A stretch of 64,000 nt of DNA from an uncultured Gammaproteobacteria bacterium (GCA_964610305.1 CAZSVL010000001.1:6083-70082), one strand, 5' to 3'; positions 7,000 through 17,295 are shown, numbered from the stretch's first letter. Translations and numbers: made by a program. Notes: generated by a model from the letters alone, not told the origin.

Positions 7000-7880
7000 G
7001 ACACCAGCCAGTACTAACACAAGAGGTACTGGAGGGATTGCAGCTACAGCCAGGAATGGTTGTTGTTGATGGCACGCTAGGAGACGGTGGACACGCGCTA
7101 ACCATGCTTGAGCGCATAGGTCCAGAGGGAAAACTGATCGGCATAGACGCTGATTCAGAAGCCATCCTGCGAGCCAAAAAGATTTTATCAAAGCACAAAA
7201 ACGTGACCTTTGTGCGAGATAATTTCAAAAATCTCAGTCAGATTCTAAGGGGGGAGCTGGTAGATGCAATACTGCTAGATCTTGGGTGGTCTATGCCGCA
7301 ATTTAAAGAGCGCGGCAGGGGTTTTAGCTTTGAGGGTGATGAGCCGCTGGATATGCGGTTTGATCCAACAGCTGGAAAAACGGCAGCAGAGCTTATTGCA
7401 GGAGCAAAAGAATCAGAGCTGCAGCGAATACTTCATAAGTATGGAGAGGAGCCGCGGTCAAAAGCCATTGCAAAAGCTATCCACAAAGCTCGGCCCAAGA
7501 CATCAGCCAAGTTGGTAGAAGCGGTAATGTCCGTCTATAAGGGGCGTGGCAAAACGCATCCTGCTACGCGGACGTTTCAGGCAATCAGAATTTGGACTAA
7601 TGACGAGTTGCAGGTGCTAAAAGACGCGCTTGCAAGTGCACAGCAGTCTTTAAAACCGGGTGGCAAACTAGCCGTCATCAGCTTTCACTCGTTGGAAGAC
7701 AGAATAGTTAAACAATTTTTCAGGGGCTCAGACATCTTTATTCAGGCAGCTAAAAAGCCGATTACTGCAAACCCGCAAGAGCTAGCAGAAAATCCGCGCG
7801 CACGAAGCGCAAAGTTGCGAGTGGCCCAAAAAAAACATGCCCCGTTTGAAAGGAGTAAAAAAGTTTTGCAAAAAATGTAG
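6996..7880 (+). CDS. rsmH: 16S rRNA m4C1402 methyltransferase
   Basis: HQPVL, DGTLGDGGH, DLGWS, RGFSF, LDMR, HPATRTFQAIRI, SFHSLEDRIVK, NPRARSAKLR. Confidence 0.97.
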   Translation: MRHQPVLTQEVLEGLQLQPGMVVVDGTLGDGGHALTMLERIGPEGKLIGIDADSEAILRAKKILSKHKNVTFVRDNFKNLSQILRGELVDAILLDLGWSMPQFKERGRGFSFEGDEPLDMRFDPTAGKTAAELIAGAKESELQRILHKYGEEPRSKAIAKAIHKARPKTSAKLVEAVMSVYKGRGKTHPATRTFQAIRIWTNDELQVLKDALASAQQSLKPGGKLAVISFHSLEDRIVKQFFRGSDIFIQAAKKPITANPQELAENPRARSAKLRVAQKKHAPFERSKKVLQKM

Positions 7881-8181
7881 CCGTATGGCAAGCATTTTAG
7901 GAAAAAGTAGCGTACTTAAAGGCCTCATGGTGGTCCTCATATTAGTATTGGGCGTGGGGTATATAGACATGATTAGCGATACGGCCACAAAAGGGTATGT
8001 GATTGCAGATTTAGAAGATACGCTGGTAGATCTTCAAAAGGAAAATCAACTACTCTCTATAGAAGTGGCAGAGTACTCTAGTATGAGCACGGTGCGCGAT
8101 CGCCTACAAAAATTAGGCATGATAGAGGCAGACGATGTTGAATATCTAACGCCTGTGGGTAGCGTGGCTAGCAGAAGATAG
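7837..8181 (+). CDS. FtsL-like cell division protein
   Basis: TM helix plus coiled coil ending ...LGM, located right after rsmH. Confidence 0.65.
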   Translation: MPRLKGVKKFCKKCSRMASILGKSSVLKGLMVVLILVLGVGYIDMISDTATKGYVIADLEDTLVDLQKENQLLSIEVAEYSSMSTVRDRLQKLGMIEADDVEYLTPVGSVASRR

Positions 8182-8216
8182 AAGGACCGGCTTAAAAATG
8201 ATATAATAGCTCTACG

Positions 8217-8576
8217 ATGAGCTTTTTTGTTATAAAAAGACTTCTGTGGGAAACGGCTACCAGTCCGTTTGAAACAGCTGTTTGGTGGTATACCAAAGGG
8301 CTTTCTTCTGTTTCTCATTGGTATAGGTTTGTCATTGTTAGGGGTAATGCACGCTTGGGTGTATTGCTTTGGATAAAAAATATTTTTGTGCCCATGTACG
8401 GCCAGAGAGATTGGCAGGGCAGAGCCGTAAGTATTGGTGTGCGCATAGCGCAAATAATTGGGAGGGGTTTTGTTTTTATTTTATTGATAATAGGCATGAC
8501 GGCGCTGCTGCTGCTTTGGGTGGTGGGGCCGGTTCTTATTATTATGGGTTTGGTTAGTAGCTTACTTGGACTGTGA
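8217..8576 (+). CDS. Small membrane protein preceding the Clp ATPase
   Basis: WWY..G, NIFVPMYGQRDWQGR; hydrophobic C-terminus; overlaps the next gene. Confidence 0.8.
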   Translation: MSFFVIKRLLWETATSPFETAVWWYTKGLSSVSHWYRFVIVRGNARLGVLLWIKNIFVPMYGQRDWQGRAVSIGVRIAQIIGRGFVFILLIIGMTALLLLWVVGPVLIIMGLVSSLLGL

Positions 8577-11191
8577 GATATCAAGAGAATCCAAAATTAG
8601 ATGTTGGCATTGAGGGGAGTATGGCTGGTATTGCCCACGAGGGAGGGAGGCTTTTGTGGAAGCGCCCGCTTACCGCAAATGCGGTGGCTCTGAGAGGTGC
8701 TCGAGCGCGTGTTAAACACATTAAATTAGTTGTGGTGCTTGTTGTTGCTATTGCGTGTATTGCCTTTTTTGTATACGGAACGCTTCTCGCGGCAAAAACG
8801 CCGGCGCTTACCATTTTGGCAGGTGCGTGGTGGTTTTCTGAGGCTGCTCGGCTTTTGTGGATTGGTTTGGCGTTTGGCGCATACGGAATATCGCTTTTGA
8901 TGAGACATAAAGACGCCGTGTATCAAGTTGCGGATATCTTCAATCAAGAAGTAGAAAACATTGAGCTTGCCTTTAACGAGGTCTTGCTTGAGATTATAGA
9001 TGAAAGTTATAAGTTAGCAGTAAAGCATGGAAGCAAAGAGTTTGCCGTAGAGCATCTGCTGGCAGGCTTGGGGGCAGATAAGCGGATAGAGAATATGCTT
9101 ATTAGGCTCAGACTTAATCCAAGCACTATTGCTGATTTTGCCACGCACGCTGTGGCAAAAGACGGATCGCCTAAGATGCATGTGCCAGCACAAACGTACA
9201 AGCTGCTGTTTGCTGCCTTTCTAGAGGCTCACCAGACTCATCAATTTCATGTAAGAGCAGAAGATTTGCTGCTTGTTTGCATTCGGGCATTGCCTGAATT
9301 GCAAGATGATCTTTATGAGGCGGGAGTAACAATGGAACAAGTAGAAAATGTGGTGGGATGGTTGCAAAGCTCAGCACAATTGCAGGATCAGCGAGATCTT
9401 TTTGCAAAAGCCGCCAGATCAAGGCCTACTACTGGTTTGGACAGAGCTATGACCGCCATTGCAACGCCACTGCTCAATAGCTACAGCAAGGATGTTACGC
9501 TAAGCGCTCAGTTTGGCTATGTTGGATCAATTGTAGGAAGAGAGCGGGTGATAGAGGGTATCCTTCAGAATTTTCAGGGCGGCGCGCCAGGTGTGCTATT
9601 AGTTGGAGAAGCCGGTGTTGGTAAAACAGCTATTGTAGAGGGGATTGCCCAGAGGATGGTTTTAGAAGATGTGCCAAAAAGTTTGCAAGACAAAAGAATG
9701 ATAGAGCTTCAGATAAGTGCGCTTTTGTCCGGTGCAAGTGCGTCTGAGGCAGGCGAGCGTCTTTTGGCTATGCTTACAGAGGTTCGGCAGGCCGGAAATG
9801 TAGTTATGTTTATTCCTGATATTCACACCCTAGTGGCTGCACGTGAAGGCGGTGAGGGCTCAATAAATGTAGCTGGAGTACTTAAAGAAGTGGTAGAAGG
9901 TAGCGGTATTCCCGTTATAGGTACCACGTCTCCAGAATATTACAGAAGAGTAATAAAAGGTTCAGTCTTGGAGAGTCTTCTTACTAGTTCAGACATACAG
10001 CCAATGGATGTGCAGCACACTATATCTGTGCTAGAAGCAAAAGTAGGGGTAGTAGAGTTCAAACAAAAAGTCTACTTTACCTATGAGGCCGTACAGGCAC
10101 TTGCCAAACACGCGCAGAAACACATGCAAAAGGCTCCACTGCCAAAAAGCGCTCTAGATCTCATGAAAGAGGTTGCGGTGGCTGTAAAAAATAAGAAGGG
10201 AGAGAAGAATATGGTTTTTGCAGAAGATGTGGCAGAGGTGGTGGCAGAGCAGACAAATATTCCTGTTACCGCCATAACAGCAGAAGAGGGTGATAAACTA
10301 CTGCAACTTGAAGAGCAAATGCACAAGCGTGTTATCGGTCAAGATGAGGCGGTTGCCGCGGTTTCTAACGCGTTGCGCAGAGCACGTGCAAAGCTTTCAT
10401 CTGGTAAGCGGCCAATAGCTAACTTTTTATTTGTTGGGCCCACGGGTGTTGGTAAAACAGAGCTTGCTAAGACCATCGCCAGCGTATATTTTGGAGGAGA
10501 AGATAAAATGCTGCGCTTTGATATGTCAGAGTATCAAGATAGCTCATCAATCTATAGGCTTATTGGCCAGCCAGACAAGCAGGGAAGTGGCGCATTAACA
10601 GAGGCGGTACGCGAGAATCCTTTTTCTTTGGTGCTTTTGGACGAGCTGGAAAAGGCGGACAAACAGGTTTTAAATATTTTCCTGCAGGTTATGGATGATG
10701 GGCGCATTACCGATAGCATTGGTCGTGTAGTAGATTTTACCAATGTCATTCTAATAGCAACTTCTAATGCGGCATCGCAATATATTGCGGATCAAGTAAG
10801 CGCTAAAGTTCCCTATGAGCAAGTGGTAGAGGGTCTTTTGCAAAAAGAGTTGCGTTCTCACTACGCTCCAGAGTTTCTTAATAGATTTGATGGCGTTATA
10901 GCCTTTCATCCTCTTTCTATTGAACATACCACGCAGATTGCAGATCTTATGGTACAATCGCTCGGTGCTACCATTGAGAAAGAGTACGGCGCTACGCTTA
11001 AGATTACAGAGGCTGCGCTCACCGAGTTGGCTCAGCAAGGTTTTGATCCTCAGTTTGGAGCGCGGCCTATGCGCAGAGCAATTCAAGAGCACGTGCAAAA
11101 CGCCGTGGCTAAGATGCTGCTGGAGCAGAGCGTTGGAAGAGGAAGTGTGATAACCTACGACAAAGGGGGAGTGGTTTCCGTAACCAATTAA
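8573..11191 (+). CDS. ClpA/ClpC-family AAA+ ATPase with N-terminal TM segments
   Basis: Walker A motifs GEAGVGKT and GPTGVGKTE; RVIGQDEAV, DMSEY, LLDELEKA, PEFLNRFD, GARPMRR. Confidence 0.92.
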   Translation: MRYQENPKLDVGIEGSMAGIAHEGGRLLWKRPLTANAVALRGARARVKHIKLVVVLVVAIACIAFFVYGTLLAAKTPALTILAGAWWFSEAARLLWIGLAFGAYGISLLMRHKDAVYQVADIFNQEVENIELAFNEVLLEIIDESYKLAVKHGSKEFAVEHLLAGLGADKRIENMLIRLRLNPSTIADFATHAVAKDGSPKMHVPAQTYKLLFAAFLEAHQTHQFHVRAEDLLLVCIRALPELQDDLYEAGVTMEQVENVVGWLQSSAQLQDQRDLFAKAARSRPTTGLDRAMTAIATPLLNSYSKDVTLSAQFGYVGSIVGRERVIEGILQNFQGGAPGVLLVGEAGVGKTAIVEGIAQRMVLEDVPKSLQDKRMIELQISALLSGASASEAGERLLAMLTEVRQAGNVVMFIPDIHTLVAAREGGEGSINVAGVLKEVVEGSGIPVIGTTSPEYYRRVIKGSVLESLLTSSDIQPMDVQHTISVLEAKVGVVEFKQKVYFTYEAVQALAKHAQKHMQKAPLPKSALDLMKEVAVAVKNKKGEKNMVFAEDVAEVVAEQTNIPVTAITAEEGDKLLQLEEQMHKRVIGQDEAVAAVSNALRRARAKLSSGKRPIANFLFVGPTGVGKTELAKTIASVYFGGEDKMLRFDMSEYQDSSSIYRLIGQPDKQGSGALTEAVRENPFSLVLLDELEKADKQVLNIFLQVMDDGRITDSIGRVVDFTNVILIATSNAASQYIADQVSAKVPYEQVVEGLLQKELRSHYAPEFLNRFDGVIAFHPLSIEHTTQIADLMVQSLGATIEKEYGATLKITEAALTELAQQGFDPQFGARPMRRAIQEHVQNAVAKMLLEQSVGRGSVITYDKGGVVSVTN

Positions 11192-11196
11192 AGTTT

Positions 11197-12243
11197 ATGA
11201 TGTACCTGGTTGTGGTGGGGGGTGTTTTTACAACAACACTTATATTCACCTTGATAATACGCGCATTGGCGCGGCATTTTAAAATTGTAGATAGGCCTCA
11301 ACTTTCAGGGCGTAAAATTCACAAGAAAGCAGTTCCGCTCTTAGGTGGGTTAGCTCTTTATGCAAGTATTAGCTTGGCGATACTCTTGCTTTTGAAGTTT
11401 AGGCCCGGGCTTCTGACAGTTAATATCTCCTCTATAGAGATTCTTTTTGCTCTTGCTGGCGGAGCTGCAATCATCATCGGTGGAATTATAGACGATATTT
11501 ATGATCTTCCGCCCAGCAAACAAATGGTTTTTCCCATTGTTGCGGTTTTGATTACTTTTTTGGGAGGAATAGAGCTTCTTGAGATTACTAATCCTTTTGG
11601 TGGTGTTGTAAAACTAGACGCTTATAGTTGGGGTCCTTTTATAGTATTGGGCGATGCTTTAGTTGTTGCTTGGCTCTTTGGCATGACCTATACCACCAAA
11701 TTGCTTGATGGATTAGATGGTTTGGCTACGGGCGTAGTGGGAATTGGAGCGCTTATGATAGCGGGACTCTCTCTTTTTACAGAATATTATCAACCAGATG
11801 TGGCCATGCTTTCCCTTATTCTTGCGGCGGCATGCGGCGCCTTTTTGCTTTTTAATTGGCATCCAGCCAGTATTTTTTTGGGGGAGGGCGGAAGTTTATT
11901 TTTAGGATTCTTCCTTGGTGTTTTAGCGGTGATAGCTGGAGGAAAAATCGCAACCACTTTGCTTGTTATGGGGCTTCCGGTAATGGATGTTATTTGGGTA
12001 ATTGCTAGACGGCTGTGGTCTGGAGGAAAAGTGACCGTGGCAGATGCCGGACATCTTCACCATCGGCTATTAAAAGCGGGATTTTCACAAAAAGGAGCAG
12101 TGGGTTTTATGTATGGCGTGAGCATTCTCTTTGGTGGAGCAGCTTTGGTACTGCAAGGGCCCTATAAACTTATGGCACTCATTTTCTTGGTTATCTTTAT
12201 GATGTTGTTGGGCTATGCGCTTATAGAAGGAAAGAAAATATGA
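11197..12243 (+). CDS. MraY/WecA/TagO family polyprenyl-phosphate sugar-1-phosphate transferase
   Basis: PLLGG, GIIDD, LDGLDGL, FNWHPASIFLGEGG, HLHHRL. Confidence 0.92.
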   Translation: MMYLVVVGGVFTTTLIFTLIIRALARHFKIVDRPQLSGRKIHKKAVPLLGGLALYASISLAILLLLKFRPGLLTVNISSIEILFALAGGAAIIIGGIIDDIYDLPPSKQMVFPIVAVLITFLGGIELLEITNPFGGVVKLDAYSWGPFIVLGDALVVAWLFGMTYTTKLLDGLDGLATGVVGIGALMIAGLSLFTEYYQPDVAMLSLILAAACGAFLLFNWHPASIFLGEGGSLFLGFFLGVLAVIAGGKIATTLLVMGLPVMDVIWVIARRLWSGGKVTVADAGHLHHRLLKAGFSQKGAVGFMYGVSILFGGAALVLQGPYKLMALIFLVIFMMLLGYALIEGKKI

Positions 12244-12719
12244 TCGGCTTTATTTCTAAAATGACAAAATCTTCTCAAGCACAGATCAGTGTTGCGTTTT
12301 TTGTCATTATTCTGGGTGCGGCAGGGCTTTTGTCTATTTGGCAGCGGGTGGATACAACGGATATTTTCACTATCAAAGGGGAGGTGCTAGAATTAGAATT
12401 AGCGGTTTTGCCTGAAGATAGGAAGAAGGGTCTTTCAGATAGAGAGCAGATAGGGTATGACGGAATGGCGTTTTTGTTTCCCACAACCGCTCAGCATGGA
12501 ATCTGGATGAAGGACATGCTTTTTTCTATTGATATTGTGTGGGTGAGGGGAACAGAAATTGTAGATATTGCACCAAGTGTGCCATTTCCAGAACCAGATA
12601 CTCATCCGTCAGAATTGCCGGTCTATTTACCTCGGCAGAGCGCCAATGTGGTAATAGAGTTGCCGGCGGGATGGGCAAAAGAGCATGATTTGCTCATAGG
12701 AGACACCGTAACAAGATAA
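12240..12719 (+). CDS. DUF192 family protein
   Basis: KGLSDRE, GMAFLF, IWMKDMLFSIDIVW, VIELPAG. Confidence 0.9.
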   Translation: MIGFISKMTKSSQAQISVAFFVIILGAAGLLSIWQRVDTTDIFTIKGEVLELELAVLPEDRKKGLSDREQIGYDGMAFLFPTTAQHGIWMKDMLFSIDIVWVRGTEIVDIAPSVPFPEPDTHPSELPVYLPRQSANVVIELPAGWAKEHDLLIGDTVTR

Positions 12720-12791
12720 GGGTTGACAGGATGTGGGCGCTATAGTACACTAGTGCCAGTTTCCTTTTCAAGATTGATATAAAAATTTACT

Positions 12792-13106
12792 ATGATTGCT
12801 GTTATTGAAACCGGCGGAAAGCAATATCTTATTAAAGAAGGCGATACCCTTGCTATTGAAAAGCTTCCCGTAGAAGCAGGGCAAGAGGTAGAGTTTGATA
12901 AGGTTTTGCTGACCGCGCAAGCTGACGGGACAGATCTCAAAGTAGGAGCGCCATATTTGGATGGTGTGACTATAAAAGCAGATCTGACGGATCAGTACAG
13001 AGCAAGAAAAATTAGAGTGATTAAATACAAAGCAAAGGTGCGCTATAAGAAAGTCTACGGACACAGGCAGCACCAGAGCAAGGTAAAAATCAAATCTCTT
13101 GCATAA
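12792..13106 (+). CDS. rplU: 50S ribosomal protein L21
   Basis: AVIETGGKQY...GHRQ. Confidence 0.97.
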   Translation: MIAVIETGGKQYLIKEGDTLAIEKLPVEAGQEVEFDKVLLTAQADGTDLKVGAPYLDGVTIKADLTDQYRARKIRVIKYKAKVRYKKVYGHRQHQSKVKIKSLA

Positions 13107-13173
13107 GACACGCCTACGCGTGTTTTTTGCTTGTCAGAGCAGCATAAAAAAAGCCCGGCATCCCACCAGGCTT

Positions 13174-13767
13174 TTATATTTGTTGTCTACCTTGCAAGGC
13201 GTCCGTTAGCGTCATCTCATCGGCATAGTCTAAATCTGACCCGAGAGGCAGGCCACGCGCTAGCCTGGTGATTTTTATGTCCTTTCCCTCAAGTTGTTTC
13301 TGAATATACATGCTGGTAGTTTCTCCGCGCATGTCTGGGTTGAGGGCTAGTATTATCTCTCTTATTTCATTGCTTGAGATTCTGCTGAGCAGGGCAGATA
13401 TGGTGAGATTGTCTGGCGAGATGCTGCGTGCTGGATCTAGGGTTCCACGCAAAACATGATACAGGCCTTTATATGCGCCGCTGCGCTCTAGTGCCTGCAC
13501 GTCTTGAGGGTCTGCAACCACACAGATGGCATTTTTTTCTCTTTGGGGGTTGCTGCAAATAGCACACGTAGGCTGATCGCTAAAATCAAAACAAATACTG
13601 CATGAGCGTGCAGATTGTAAGATTTCCTGCAACGCCGTGGTAAGAGTATTTACTTCTCGCTTTCCTCTTTTCAGCAGATAAAAAACAAACCGCTCGGCTG
13701 TTTTTGGTCCTATGCCGGGCAGTTTGCAAAAAGCGTCAATGAGTTTTTGAATACTTGGTGAGTACAT
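13174..13767 (-). CDS. recR: Recombination protein RecR
   Basis: LPGIGPKTAER, C4 zinc finger, YHVL, TRLARGLPLG. Confidence 0.96.
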   Translation of the reverse strand: MYSPSIQKLIDAFCKLPGIGPKTAERFVFYLLKRGKREVNTLTTALQEILQSARSCSICFDFSDQPTCAICSNPQREKNAICVVADPQDVQALERSGAYKGLYHVLRGTLDPARSISPDNLTISALLSRISSNEIREIILALNPDMRGETTSMYIQKQLEGKDIKITRLARGLPLGSDLDYADEMTLTDALQGRQQI

Positions 13768-13782
13768 TTATTGTTACCCCCT

Positions 13783-13810
13783 GTTACGAGTTACCAGTTA
13801 CGAGTTACTA
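13783..13810. repeat. Heptamer tandem repeat
   Basis: GTTACGA GTTACCA GTTACGA GTTACTA between ybaB and recR. Confidence 0.6.
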
Positions 13811-14104
13811 ATTTTTAAACATATCCATGCCACCAGATTCTCTCATTTTCTCCGCCATGATTTTTTGGATTTTCTTTTGCGCGTTGTTAAATGCGTCTTT
13901 GGTGGATTCTTCAATCTGTTTTGCGTTTTCTGGGCGGAGCATTTCTGGATCAATGCTAAAATCTTGAACGCTCATGTTGCCATCCATTTTTAGGCTGATG
14001 CGTCCACCAAATTCTGATACTTCAACAGATTCATCTGCTAATTGATTTTGTAGCGTCTTAGCCTGGTCTCTGATGTCTTTAAATTGTTTGAGTTTGTTGA
14101 ACAT
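13808..14104 (-). CDS. ybaB: YbaB/EbfC nucleoid-associated protein
   Basis: Family-typical size and sequence; directly upstream of recR. Confidence 0.88.
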   Translation of the reverse strand: MFNKLKQFKDIRDQAKTLQNQLADESVEVSEFGGRISLKMDGNMSVQDFSIDPEMLRPENAKQIEESTKDAFNNAQKKIQKIMAEKMRESGGMDMFKN

Positions 14105-14112
14105 AAAGTTTG

Positions 14113-15525
14113 TTAGAATTGAGGAGTTTTACTTGGTTGTGGAGTATTAGGGGCGGGCATGTGTTGTCTTTCCATATTTCTAAAACTAGCACGTTCTGCG
14201 TCAAAAATCAACTTCACCATGCCGGTGGGGCCGTTTCTGTGCTTTGCAACGTGAACTTCTCCAATGCGGCGCTCATCTGGCGGAATATCCTCCAGCCGAT
14301 AGTTTCTGTCTGCCGCCTTTCGGTATAAGAATATCACAACGTCGGCATCTTGCTCAATGGATCCGCTATCTCTAAGGTGAGAGAGTTTTGGAATGGCTGG
14401 CTTTGTTGATTCAACGGCGCGGGATAGCTGAGAGAGTGCTAGAACCGGAATATTAAGCTCTCTGGCAATTCCCTTCAGGCCACGGCTTATTTCTGCAATT
14501 TCTTGCACACGATTCTCGCTGCTAGATTTGCCGCGTCCTTCCATAAGTTGCAAATAATCTACTACTATCATACTCAGACCATGCTCTGTTTGTAGTCTGC
14601 GCGCTTTTGCACGGATCTGCATTATATTTACATTGGGCGTGTCATCAATAAAAATAGGAGATTCAGAAAGGATACCCATGGCATGGCCAATTCTTGGGAA
14701 ATCATCGTCTTCTGGTTTGTCTGAGAGTCTGCCTGTCCTCATGCGCCATAAATCCACGTTGGCTTGCGCGCATAAAAGTCTGTCTACAAGCTGCTCTTTG
14801 CTCATTTCAAGTGAGAACATGCCAACTGCCTTTTTTTGTTTGACCGCAGCGTGGCGCATAATGTCTAGCGCAAGGCTGGTTTTTCCTACCGATGGACGCG
14901 CAGCCAGTATAACTAAGTCTGATTTTTGAAAACCTGCTAAAATGTTATCCAGCGCAACATAACCACTAGGGATGCCACGCATCTCTCCCTTGTTTTTATG
15001 CATTTCATCAATGCGCTCAAACGTGTTGGCCAAAACGCTGCGGATGGGGGTAAACGCAGCTTTAAGAAAATTAGATGAAACATTGAAAAGTTTTTGCTGT
15101 GCCTCATCTAAAATAGCCTCTAAATCATGCTCTTCATCAAATCCGAGCTCTGTAATTCTTGCTGATGCAGAAAGAAGCCTTCTAAGCGTAGCTTTTTTAT
15201 GTATAATACGCGCATAGTTGACGGCATTGGCTGTGCTGGGTACGCTGTTGGTAAGCTCTGCCAGATATGATTTTCCGCCAGAATCTTCTAGTTGCTTTTT
15301 TTCCTCTAGGCGAGCGCTTACGGTTAGCAAATCTACCGCTTCATTTTTTTCGGAAAGTTCTAAAATGATATTATAGATATTGCGGTGCTTTTCTAAATAA
15401 AAATCAGCCTCTTTTGCAACATCAAGTACTCTAAAGAGAATATCTTTGTCCAGCATAAGCGCGCCCAGCAGAGAGCGCTCTGCCTCTATATTTTGCGGCT
15501 GAATTTTTCCTGCTTGTTCTGGCAT
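14113..15525 (-). CDS. dnaB: Replicative DNA helicase
   Basis: PQNIEAE, AARPSVGKT, FSLEMS, VDYLQLM, LSQLSR, LRDSGSIEQDAD, KHRNGPTG. Confidence 0.98.
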   Translation of the reverse strand: MPEQAGKIQPQNIEAERSLLGALMLDKDILFRVLDVAKEADFYLEKHRNIYNIILELSEKNEAVDLLTVSARLEEKKQLEDSGGKSYLAELTNSVPSTANAVNYARIIHKKATLRRLLSASARITELGFDEEHDLEAILDEAQQKLFNVSSNFLKAAFTPIRSVLANTFERIDEMHKNKGEMRGIPSGYVALDNILAGFQKSDLVILAARPSVGKTSLALDIMRHAAVKQKKAVGMFSLEMSKEQLVDRLLCAQANVDLWRMRTGRLSDKPEDDDFPRIGHAMGILSESPIFIDDTPNVNIMQIRAKARRLQTEHGLSMIVVDYLQLMEGRGKSSSENRVQEIAEISRGLKGIARELNIPVLALSQLSRAVESTKPAIPKLSHLRDSGSIEQDADVVIFLYRKAADRNYRLEDIPPDERRIGEVHVAKHRNGPTGMVKLIFDAERASFRNMERQHMPAPNTPQPSKTPQF

Positions 15526-15592
15526 GGATGGTTATCTTAGCGCAGCAAGCGGACCCTGGCAACCAGATAAGGGGATAGCATGTGCACTGACT

Positions 15593-16669
15593 GTGAAAAT
15601 ACTCATAATTTCAAATTTATATCCTCCTTATGAGCGCGGTGGCGCCGAGCTTGTGGTACGAGAAGAAGCAAGAGAATTAAGAGATCAAGGGCATAGCGTT
15701 TTTGTTCTAACCAGTACGCCTTTTTCTGGTTTAAAGTCACTTTTGCCAAAGGCAAAAATAGAAGACGGCATTGCCGTGCTAAGATACTTTCCGCTCAATA
15801 TATTTTGGTATCGCCATGATTGGAAATTTTCAAAAGTGATACGCCTGCTTTGGCATATTTTTGATACCTTTAACATCCATAGTTATTTTGTAACGTTGCG
15901 TGTTCTCAGAGAGTTAAAACCTGAGCAGGTAAGAACTCATAATTTAAAGGGCGTTGGTCTAACTACAGCCTTGGCTCTGAGAAAGAGAGTAAGGTCTCAT
16001 TGGACTCATTTTATTCACGACGTCCAGCTTTTTGAGCCTAGTGGGCTGCTCTATAAAAAAAGTACTCTGGGAGCCGGTTTTTATACGGCTATGTGCCGAT
16101 GGCTTTTTGGATCGCCTGCTTGTGTAGAGGCTCCATCTTTTTGGGTAATTAATGAGCATAAACAGCGCGGTTTTTTTAAGGAAAGTACCTTTAGTGTGGT
16201 CAAATGGTATCCAGATCCTCAGCCGCTTCTGGAATCAGATAAAAAAAAGAATCCAAAGTTTTTATTCGTAGGTCAACTTGCGGAGCATAAAGGTATTATA
16301 TTTTTGGCAGATGTACTTGCCGATGTGCCGGCCGGCTATACTCTTGATGTAGTTGGCGGAGGGCCACTGGAGCAGACCGTGCGTAAGCGTTTTTCAGGAA
16401 ATCCGTGGGTGCATTTTCATGGCCGCGTAACACAACAGGAAGTGCGCGGACTTCTTGCTGATGCAGATTATTTGTTGGTACCATCGCTGGCCGCAGAGAA
16501 TTGTCCAACGGTGATTGTAGATGCGCTTAATCTGGATGTTCCGGTGATTTCCAGCACCGTGGGAGGCATTCCGGAAATGATAAATCACGGCGTAAATGGT
16601 TTGTTGGTAGAACCAGCAGATCAAAAGGCGTGGAAAGGTATCCTAGAGGAATTATTGACAAACGTCTGA
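15593..16669 (+). CDS. Glycosyltransferase family 4
   Basis: KILIISNLYPP..GGAE, FVGQLAEHKG, PSLAAENCP, VGGIPE; GTG start chosen at 15593. Confidence 0.9.
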   Translation: MKILIISNLYPPYERGGAELVVREEARELRDQGHSVFVLTSTPFSGLKSLLPKAKIEDGIAVLRYFPLNIFWYRHDWKFSKVIRLLWHIFDTFNIHSYFVTLRVLRELKPEQVRTHNLKGVGLTTALALRKRVRSHWTHFIHDVQLFEPSGLLYKKSTLGAGFYTAMCRWLFGSPACVEAPSFWVINEHKQRGFFKESTFSVVKWYPDPQPLLESDKKKNPKFLFVGQLAEHKGIIFLADVLADVPAGYTLDVVGGGPLEQTVRKRFSGNPWVHFHGRVTQQEVRGLLADADYLLVPSLAAENCPTVIVDALNLDVPVISSTVGGIPEMINHGVNGLLVEPADQKAWKGILEELLTNV

Positions 16670-16699
16670 TTTCTGACTATGCTTAAATAGGAGGTAAGC

Positions 16700-17005
16700 A
16701 TGAAACACATAGGACTGGCGATTTTGTGGGCATGTCTACTTGTGCTTGTTGTTCCTTTTACCGTTGTAGCTCTACCTTTTGTTGCAATTGCGTATTGGGC
16801 GGATAAATGGGCAGACAATGCCTATGAGCTGGCCGCTGAGCGAGAAGATTATCAAGGTTATGATTATGAGCCGTGGCCGGAGGGCACTTTGTTTTATTTT
16901 GTAGTTCAAGTGTTTTCCCTTATGGTTATGAGCGCTGGCATTGGACCTCTGAGGCATAGTATGGACAAAGTTTCCTATTATGGTGTTAGGGCAATGCAGT
17001 CATGA
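16700..17005 (+). CDS. Small orphan membrane protein
   Basis: TTGACA-17-TATGCT promoter (from 16654), SD AGGAGG, two TM segments flanking an acidic loop. Confidence 0.7.
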   Translation: MKHIGLAILWACLLVLVVPFTVVALPFVAIAYWADKWADNAYELAAEREDYQGYDYEPWPEGTLFYFVVQVFSLMVMSAGIGPLRHSMDKVSYYGVRAMQS

Positions 17006-17295
17006 GAGAGTTAGGAAAGATGCTCTTTTGGGGAGGATGTACTGCCGCTTGCACTCCGCTTGCCGTTGTTTACAGCCCCATCTCATTAACCACATGGCTA
17101 TTGGCCCGTGAGCTTTTTGATGAGGACGATGATGAGATTGACTATGAAGAAAAGTACGGCGACATGGGAGGTTTTGTTGTCTTGTGGGAGTTTGCCGTGA
17201 AAGTCGCGGTGGGCGGCATTATGCTCTGGGGTGTTGCCCCTTTGCTTGCAAGTGCTACTAACACCAAAGAGAGTTTTGATAGATTGCGCAGATAG
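17002..17295 (+). CDS. Small orphan membrane protein, probable paralogue of the upstream gene
   Basis: Same TM-acidic loop-TM layout; ATGA overlap; terminator follows. Confidence 0.7.
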   Translation: MRELGKMLFWGGCTAACTPLAVVYSPISLTTWLLARELFDEDDDEIDYEEKYGDMGGFVVLWEFAVKVAVGGIMLWGVAPLLASATNTKESFDRLRR

